This document shows positions 56,581 to 64,000 of a DNA stretch of 64,000 bases, piece by piece (positions within the stretch are counted from its first letter, which is position 1; the number at the start of each line of letters is the position of its first letter). The stretch lies in NCBI RefSeq assembly GCF_000143415.4, contig NW_003314280.1, positions 1,905,549 through 1,969,548 on the forward strand, in the 5' to 3' direction. The stretch is from Selaginella moellendorffii. Its lineage: Eukaryota; Plantae; Lycopodiophyta. The position numbers and the translations under genes were made by a program. Under the pieces are notes generated by a model. That model had not been told where the DNA came from, ran no database searches, and worked only from the letters and a program-made list of their open reading frames with translations.

Positions 56581-57488
56581 GAATGCACCTCGGTATCCAA
56601 ACCTTCCACCGCAGCAGCACCAACGGGACGTTGCTGACGCCAAGGTCTCCACCCAGGAAATGGAGGTCGCCAATCCGGAAAGCGCCGACAACGCCGATAA
56701 GTATGACCAACTTCATCACACGCCCAGCAACGAATGTCACGGCCACGACCACGTCCTCGCCCTTGTCCTTGAACTCGAGTAGCAGCAGCATCAACCTCCA
56801 TGGGAATAGGACCATCACTCATAGGAAGTGGAGCTGAAGGACGTGTAGCAAGAAGTGGAAGAGGCGACGTCTCATAACGTTGTGCCAAGCGAAGAGCATC
56901 GTCAAGAGTGGCAGGAGCAAGTGCATGCACAAGTCCGACAAGATCTTGACGAAGTGCTGGCCACAGCATTCCTAGCTTGATCCACTCCGACATATTTGGC
57001 TCCGCACGAAGCAAAAGACTTCGGAAACGAACGCCAAATTGGATCACCGACTCAGATGGCCCTTGGCGAAGACGATGCAATTGTTGGAAGGCATCATCAC
57101 AATCGTCGGCGTGTCCGAAGGCGCGTTTGAAGACGTCCGGAAGAACACTCCAATCGCCACGAGTAGCTGCGCTCAATCCATTGTACCACTGCAATGCCGT
57201 CCCTTGAAGACATGTGGGGAACTCACGCAAACGCCGAGCATCATCCCAAGAATGATATGTGGCAATCACCGTGAAGTGATCGAACCAATGGTACACATCA
57301 TCCCCAGGATTCCCACGAAAGAACTCCGGCCGAACGCGAGGATTGGCACCAAAAGCAGGAGGAGTTGTACCATGTGCCGTGAACGCCGCCATCAACTGAG
57401 TTTGGTTGTTCAATTGCAGGCGCATAGCATCAAGCAATTGAACCAACTGCTGCTCTAGAGTCAAAGGAGGAGATTGCGGATCAGCCAT
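56556..57488 (-). CDS. gag: Gag (capsid + CCHC nucleocapsid)
   Basis: 310-aa ORF: LQGTALQWY, LRQGPSESV, PIPMEVD, CWACDEVGHTYRRC. Confidence 0.92.
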   Translation of the reverse strand: MADPQSPPLTLEQQLVQLLDAMRLQLNNQTQLMAAFTAHGTTPPAFGANPRVRPEFFRGNPGDDVYHWFDHFTVIATYHSWDDARRLREFPTCLQGTALQWYNGLSAATRGDWSVLPDVFKRAFGHADDCDDAFQQLHRLRQGPSESVIQFGVRFRSLLLRAEPNMSEWIKLGMLWPALRQDLVGLVHALAPATLDDALRLAQRYETSPLPLLATRPSAPLPMSDGPIPMEVDAAATRVQGQGRGRGRGRDIRCWACDEVGHTYRRCRRFPDWRPPFPGWRPWRQQRPVGAAAVEGLDTEVHSGNEESRE

Positions 57489-57721
57489 GAAAATGAATGA
57501 GAAAGAAAGAGCAAAAGAAGAGAAATGACAAAAAACTAGAAAGAAATGGTAGATCTAGACAATGCAAAAAGCTAGATCTAAACCAAAATCCTGAAAGGAA
57601 AGAACAAAAGAAAGGAAATGGAAAAAGCTAGATCTAGACAATGCAAAAGCTAGATCTAAACCGAAATCCCAAATCCAAGCACTCCCCAGGGACAATCAAA
57701 GGTGCCCCTCACCTCCACCAA

Positions 57722-57886
57722 TGTGAGTATGGAAAGGGAATACAGAAATGTGCATCTCAATTAACCCAAAAACCCTAGCTTATATACAGGAGCGAGTGGT
57801 CCGGATTGAAACCAATCCGACGGCTACCAAAATCCACTACGCTAATATTAGTATACGGCATCGTAGCCGTACACTTGGCCCTCACA
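57722..57886 (-). repeat. 5' LTR (165 bp)
   Basis: Identical to 52895..53059; followed on the minus strand by the PBS. Confidence 0.95.
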
Positions 57887-59324
57887 ACATGTAATAAATC
57901 ATTATCTAAATAAACATATCCTCCTTGAAGAAAAGCAATTATACATTCATTCCATATAATACTAAATGCCTCAACAATATCATCCATAATCTTTGGATAA
58001 TATGAATCAACAAAAACAGTCAGTGATAAATTATTCTGAATAAAATCTCTACGACCTGTACCATTTTGACATACAAAATCTAAAACATCATATTTAAATT
58101 AACAAACATCTTCCTCATTATATATGGAATTAGTTCTAGGAATACAAGCTCTTAGAAATGAAGAGCTCATTCCAGATATTTTATCATTTATTAAATAAAT
58201 TATAATTAAGAAGATCTTAATTAAATATGTTAATGCCATTCTTCAAATTTTATTATTAATATAAATGTTATATTTAACTTTGCTTCTTTTCTAAATATAA
58301 TATAATCCTTGATGGAAGTATTTATAGAAGAAATTGATCATATAAAAATTAAATTCTTTTCTTTTAGAATATATAAGGAATTTTGATGATGTGGCAGCCA
58401 GACTGTAAGTATTATAAGAAAACAAAAATATTATTAAAATATTTTTCTTGCAACATGTGTCAATTTGTCTAAGTTTTATATTTATCAATAGACTGTACCT
58501 TTTAAAGTTTTAATAAAAATGTATTAGAAAAGAAATCATGCTTTTGCACATAATAGACTGATCTTTAGTTGCAAGTAAAGATTCAAATAATGGTAGAAAT
58601 GTACCTCGATTGTAAAAGTACTTGTAGCCCTAGGTAAAATCTGCCATCATGTAGCTAAAGACTCACCTCAACAAATCCACCAACAGCCTTAATCTTCATT
58701 TTTCCCAAGCAATTCAGTCTTAAATCTCAATTCTCATACCAACAATCAGGCAAATGCTCTTCTGAGTGCCCATATTTTAGGGCATTTTGCCCTAAAATGG
58801 ATCAATGTGCTTTTTGTAAGAGGATGCATCTTCATACTCAGCAATGAGGATTATCCAATAGCTAAACAGTATAAAATGGATGTGTTAGACCTTATCATTA
58901 CTTGTTATGAGGGTGGCACATGCTTAATTTTGAGGCAACAACTAAGCTCACCAAGATCTATAGCTACTCTAGAAATTGGTAGAAAGCTAGAAACAATAGT
59001 GAAAAAAAGGACATAAATGATTTTTATACATGATGCAAACTAAGTTAATTCAAAAGTCTAAACTAAGCATAAGTCCATACCAATCTTATATACACATGTG
59101 ATATAAAAGTCATCTCAAGTCCATTGGTTTAAACAAAGGTTGCTTACCTTCTAGATAAATACCATTTGGAATTGAAGATGGGTGGTCTGCTGCTTTACTC
59201 TATGTTCAGAAACTAAATTAGTAGTAGACCAATTTTACTTTATGTAAATTTTATAAATTAAAAAAATTATAAACATAAATTATCTAATAAATATAAACCA
59301 TTAGATTAAGAATATGTTACGATA

Positions 59325-59935
59325 TGTTTTTGGTTTACTTAAGCAAACATGTGGATGGTAGTGAATATACTAAGTATATTCCTGGAATTCTAGAATAGAA
59401 GATTAATTGTTTATAATTTATAAACTTTCCTAAACACTTTCTAGTATATTCTAGTTTATTCTACCATCTAATGGTTGATATTCAACAAAATTAATCTTTT
59501 GTGTTTATAAATTGTATACATGCTTATAATTAAATTAATAAATAATAATAACACTATTATTAAGCAAACCAAACTTTGATACATATAGTGCACACCAAAT
59601 TTTTGGTTTGCTTAAGCAAACCTATAGGGGACTGGGATGGTAATGAATATACCTAGAATATGTTTAAATATTCTAGGATATTCTACTATCTAACAGTTGT
59701 TATTCATTCAGATTAATTTTGTATTTATAATTTATAAACATGTTTATGAATTATAAACTTTCTTAAACCCTTTCTAGTATATTCTTTTTATTCTATCATT
59801 TTGTTGATATGCAATAAGATTAATCTTGTGCTTATAAATTACAAACATGCTTATAATTATAAATTTTATTTGATCAATTGGATTAATAAAAAAGAATAAC
59901 ACTACTATTAAGAAAACTAAACGTTGCTACATGCA
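59325..59935. repeat. AT-rich degenerate tandem duplication (~260-330 bp units), MITE/foldback-like
   Basis: Both units start tttggtttrcttaagcaaac, share ataaactttcytaaac.ctttctagtatattct and end taacactaytattaag.aaac; unit ends are roughly inverted. Confidence 0.6.
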
Positions 59936-60087
59936 ACACATAACAATTTATTATAAATTATAGACATATTTATAATTTATAAACGCAAGATTAATTTAAA
60001 TAAAGATCAACCGTTAAATGGAAGAATATACTAAAATGTCCAGGCTTATTTCTTCTAGGTCGAAGGGTTGTTTTTTAAGGTTTAGCC

Positions 60088-61411
60088 ATGAAGCTTCAGC
60101 ACCCGGAAAATCGATCAAGATTTTTGATGAATGGCTCGATTGACGAGGAGGATGGCAGTGATGAGCCAGTGCTACTTGATCCAGCAGTGTGCGGTGCTCT
60201 CTCCAGTGACATCCTCGCCATGATCCTCGGCTGGCTGCCACTCCCGGCGCTATGCCGCTTCCGGTCAGTCTCCAAGGCATGGCACGCGGCCATCGGGCGG
60301 ATCCGAAAGGTCAGGCACGGCCCCTGGTACGTCTCATGCGCTGAGGGTGCCGTCAAGATCGCCAACCCTCGCGACTGGGAGCTTTTTGGCCGCCACTGGC
60401 GTAGCTTGCCGCAAATGCCCGGGCTCGGTATTTGCCGCCTCTGCGCTGCTGCTGGTGGGTTGTTTTACTTCGTCATCGCCGGGGGCGATTTTCCCTACAA
60501 GGACGATGCCGTGGTGCTCAACCCGCTCACCGGCTACTGGAAGGAGCTGCCGAGAGTTCCCAGGATCGTGGAGTTGAGGATGGAGAGGATGTCGGTGTGG
60601 AGGGGGATGGAGGCTCTCGGGCAGGATGGAGATTTCCTCGTCGTCAACTTGGTGGAATGCGTTCCACGCTACGTTCGACGGAGGGACATTGTCCAGGTCT
60701 ACGACTCGAGGCAGCGGAGATGGAGCACCAACGCTGAGCTTGTTCTTGAGCCAGGTATGATCGACAGTACGTCTCCTCTGAGACCAAAGTTTTTTTTTTT
60801 TTCCAGGCGAGTGTTGCGCGCCGGGTAGTGCAGCGTTACACGGCTCGATCCTCTACTTTCTCACTATTCCAGGGAACCCGGACGCCACGGCCAGGCTGAG
60901 ATCCTTTCGACTGGACATTGATCTCTGCGGGAAGTGCGAGAGCACCATTGTTGCAACCTGGAAGGATCTGCCAAAGAGGAGCTTCTTAAGTCCGAGTCAA
61001 GCTGACAGGAATCCAAAGCTGTTCTTCTGGGGTAAGTGGTGTCCTCTCCTCTTCTCCTTCATAGTTTTCTTCTTCGCAGGAGAGCGATGCATGTTGGCAA
61101 GCTTTGGTGAGGTACGCCCAGGCAGCGCGAACGAGACGATCTTCTTACACGCCTTGGACGCGGAGAGCAAGACATGGATAGAATTCGACCGCCTTCAGAC
61201 TCCTGGAAAGAAAAGAGCATTCCAGGACTTGCGAGTGGCAGCAGATCCTCTGGAGCAAAGGCTTACCTTGTCCACGGCAGAGAATGGCTACGCTTACGAC
61301 CTTTCCACAAAAGAGTGGTCTCGTCCATGGTCGTTCTCTCGTTTCAGCCCATGCAGTGTTCCATTCTTTCCTTACACACCGTCCTTCTGCTTAAGTAGAA
61401 GCGACGTATAG
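60088..61411 (+). CDS. F-box protein (F-box + kelch/FBA-like C-terminal region), three exons
   Basis: LSSDILAMILGWLPLPALCRFRSVSKAW; VLNPLTGYWKELP; introns ~60755-60806 and ~61032-61079 give a continuous frame. Confidence 0.88.
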
Positions 61412-61469
61412 ATCCATGAATGAATGGAAGCTAGAAGTTCGTCACGTACCGCATTATGCTCGTGAAAGA

Positions 61470-63137
61470 CTAATAAGGCCACAGTGTTTCCAAGCCTTCG
61501 AGCTCCATTGCCTGGAAGAGCTCGGGAAGTTGATCTTCGCGGCCACCAGCGAGATAGGCCGACGCTAGAGTTGCCCACACGAACCCCTCCTTGATCGCGA
61601 GCGCATCAAACGCGAGCTTGGCATTCTTCCAGTCGCCACAAAGAGCATACATGTTGAGGACGTCCCTGAGCGTGTTGGAGGTAAACGCGGAGGTTTTTGC
61701 GAGAGAGGAGGCCAGTTCCTTGCCACGAGCAAAGTTCTTCTCGTCGCAGCAGGCAGCAAAGACGCTGCTCAGGGTCTGCTCGTTTGGATCCATGCTCGCG
61801 CTCTTCATCGCGTCGAAGAGAGCTAGACACTCTCCAAACTCCCCATGCCGGACGTAAGCCTCGAGCATGGCGTTCCACACCAGTATCTCCTTTCCGGAAG
61901 AGCTCCTCTTGAACAAGAGCCTGGCATTCTCGAGGCTGCCACACTCGGAGTACATCCTGACGAGAGCGGCGACGAGCCGAGCGCTGTGCTTCACAGTCGT
62001 GGCCACCGCTCGCGCGTGGATCGCCTTGCCTTGCGAGAGATGCTCGGGATGGCGGCACGATCCAAGCACGAGCACAAAACTCTCCGGATCTGGAGAAGTT
62101 GCTCGAGCTCGCATCACAGTGTAGAGCTCCAGTGCGTCCACAGAGAATCCACCGCGAGCACACACCTCAAAGCAGTAGTTCCAGCACGCTCCTGACATCC
62201 TGGCCGCCGCGGCTTTCACTCGATCAAACCGCCGGCACTGTGCGTAGATCTTCACCAGCGCGAGCTGGAGATCACTGCCGCAGACCCGGTCCAGTCCCTC
62301 GCTCGCGATCCTCTCCACCACCCTGCTCCCCAGCTCCAATCTCCCCGCCGCCACGCAAATCTCTAACACAGCCGCGTAGGTGGTGCTATCCGGCCTCTTC
62401 CCCTCCACCGCCATCGCCCAGTAGAACTCCAGCGCGCGATCGTGCTGCTTCCACCGCCACAAGGCCGCGATCACCGCGTTCCACACCGGCGTCTCCTTGA
62501 ACCTCACGTCGCCAAACACCTGGATGGCGGTGTCGAGCCGGCCACACTTGCCATACATGTAGATGATCGCGCTCTGGAGCTTGTGATCCTGCCGGACGCG
62601 CCGATCGATGAGCAAGTTGTGGAACTCGGTGCCGGAGGAGAGATCGCGCAGCTGGCCGCACGCCCGGATGGCGAGCGCGAAGGAGACGGCGTCCGGGACG
62701 GCCCTCTGGAGGAGCATCCGCCGGAAGTTCCGGTAGACCATCTTGCCAGATCCATCGTTGCGCGCGAGCATCCCCAGGAAGGCGTTCCAGGACTGGACGG
62801 TCCTCTTGTCCATGGTCTCGAAAACCTGGCTGCCCCATTCCAGATTGCCGCACCGGGAGTACATCCGGATCAAGAGATTGGCCATGGATGTATCGTCCAG
62901 GTACTTGGTGGCGTCCATGTGGCGGTGGATGCGAACGCCGTAGGAGAATGCGTGCTCGCGGGCGCAGCGCCGGAGGAGGGAGGCGTAGACGGAGGGATTC
63001 ACCCGGTTTGGCGAGTAGGATTGCTCCAGCGAGTCGACGGCGTCGGCGAGGCCCTGGGACACCCATGGCTCGCGCGGGTACCTGATGCGCCGCCGCCGCT
63101 TGAAGCTCAGCTTCCTCCGGTGTAGCCCTCGCAGCAT
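61470..63137 (-). CDS. Divergent PLS-class PPR protein without E/DYW
   Basis: YASLLRRC, LIRMYSRCG, IIYMYGKCG, LVRMYSECGSLENAR, WNAMLEAY; first ATG at 63137. Confidence 0.85.
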   Translation of the reverse strand: MLRGLHRRKLSFKRRRRIRYPREPWVSQGLADAVDSLEQSYSPNRVNPSVYASLLRRCAREHAFSYGVRIHRHMDATKYLDDTSMANLLIRMYSRCGNLEWGSQVFETMDKRTVQSWNAFLGMLARNDGSGKMVYRNFRRMLLQRAVPDAVSFALAIRACGQLRDLSSGTEFHNLLIDRRVRQDHKLQSAIIYMYGKCGRLDTAIQVFGDVRFKETPVWNAVIAALWRWKQHDRALEFYWAMAVEGKRPDSTTYAAVLEICVAAGRLELGSRVVERIASEGLDRVCGSDLQLALVKIYAQCRRFDRVKAAAARMSGACWNYCFEVCARGGFSVDALELYTVMRARATSPDPESFVLVLGSCRHPEHLSQGKAIHARAVATTVKHSARLVAALVRMYSECGSLENARLLFKRSSSGKEILVWNAMLEAYVRHGEFGECLALFDAMKSASMDPNEQTLSSVFAACCDEKNFARGKELASSLAKTSAFTSNTLRDVLNMYALCGDWKNAKLAFDALAIKEGFVWATLASAYLAGGREDQLPELFQAMELEGLETLWPY

Positions 63138-63493
63138 TCCCAAGAGCCCTAAACCCCGTGAATATTCGGCGGGATATTCGATTCTTTGAGTTTAAACCAA
63201 AAAACGGCGGGACTTCGCAGTCGTGATCGGTGGGAATTTCTATTGTCTCGCTGGCGCGCATTAGAGTGGAGAAAGGGTTCCTCGTCTTCCAGAGGCAATC
63301 TAATTTGCTCGCATCCATAACTGTTGCAAGAGTCGAGTGAGTCCACTGCCAAAAATTGGCATGGGCACAAGAGATCTTTGTCGGAAAAAAAGTGTAGGTT
63401 GCTCTCATCCCCGAGTAAACTTTAAAGTCGATCATAACAGTTATAAGTTTGTTGACAAGGAAGAATGATTTAGAACAGGCATCATAAAAGGTA

Positions 63494-64000
63494 CTACTCT
63501 GAAGTTAGCTCTATTGCGCTCTTGGGAATGTGAATGGTAAGCAAGCCATTTTGCAAAAATGCTCTAGTCTTCTTCAGGTCAGCAGTAGTGGGAAGCTTGA
63601 ACTTCCTTTGCTTGAAGACGTTGGCACTGGTCTTTACGGTGAGTTGATCCGGACCTGAACATACCACAATCACTTCCTCTCGTGATAAGCCTGCACAATT
63701 GCAAAACCAAAAGCTCTTGGGAAGGCGTGGAAGTGGGGAAGAGACATACCTGGAACTTCGATATAAAGGGTGTGGTGATGCTCCTCATCTACAGTAGTTG
63801 CCTCAATACGTTTGTTCGTGGCTGTAGCAGAGAATAAAAAAAGGAAATTAGTGGAGGTAAAAAGAAAAACAGAAAAATACTCGTGTCCAGCTCAGCCTCA
63901 TCACGGTCCTCAATTGGCACTGTCGAAGCTGTCCGCTTGAGCGCAGCGGCCCCCTTGGGAAAGCGAATAGTGAGAATCTCATCCTGGAGATTCACTATTG
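63494..64000 (-). CDS. 3' part of a protein with at least two alpha-crystallin (HSP20-like) domains; begins beyond the window
   Basis: Spliced ..LQDEILTIRFPK..linker..HTLYIEVPGLSREEV..RKFKLPTTADLKKTRAFLQNGLLTIHIPK..*. Confidence 0.75.

Larger units (their letters stand above)
52895..57886 (-). mobile_element. Young, nearly intact non-chromodomain Ty3/gypsy LTR retrotransposon (~5.0 kb)
   Basis: Identical 165-bp LTRs (TGTGAG...CTCACA), 4-bp TSD ACAT, PBS TGGTGGAGGTGAGGGG, PPT GAGAGGAGGGGATAA, gag plus -1 frame pol. Confidence 0.97.

Noticed and set aside
1-64000. tRNA, rRNA or other structured RNA genes
   Set aside because: None recognised; the only tRNA-complementary stretches are the two retrotransposon PBS sites

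Overview
Eukaryotic plant nuclear DNA, very probably the lycophyte Selaginella (inferred from ~50-bp introns, extreme gene packing, many PLS/DYW PPR genes and microbial-type terpene synthase relics). 1-35.2 kb is gene-dense: RING-H2 ligase, RRP5, a small coiled-coil ORF, FAH, an AT-hook protein, two paralogous orphan proteins, a kinase-only MAPKKK, an SCEP1-like coiled-coil gene, four tightly interlocked PPR genes, two MTPSL pseudogenes, a subtilase and a KANSL1/NSL1-like (PEHE) gene. 35.6-60 kb is an AT-rich transposon island bracketed by a decayed and an intact F-box paralogue. It holds a decayed PIF/Harbinger element, a decayed chromovirus, and a very young atypical Ty3/gypsy element with identical 165-bp LTRs, a 4-bp TSD, a tRNA-Ala-like PBS and a -1 frameshift slippery site plus pseudoknot. 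60-64 kb: F-box gene, PPR gene and the 3' part of a protein with at least two alpha-crystallin domains. Most notable: the frameshift signal, the near-zero-spacer PPR cluster, same-strand gene chains that may be polycistronic, and the KANSL1-like gene. Homology calls come from motif recognition and recalled sequences, not database searches.
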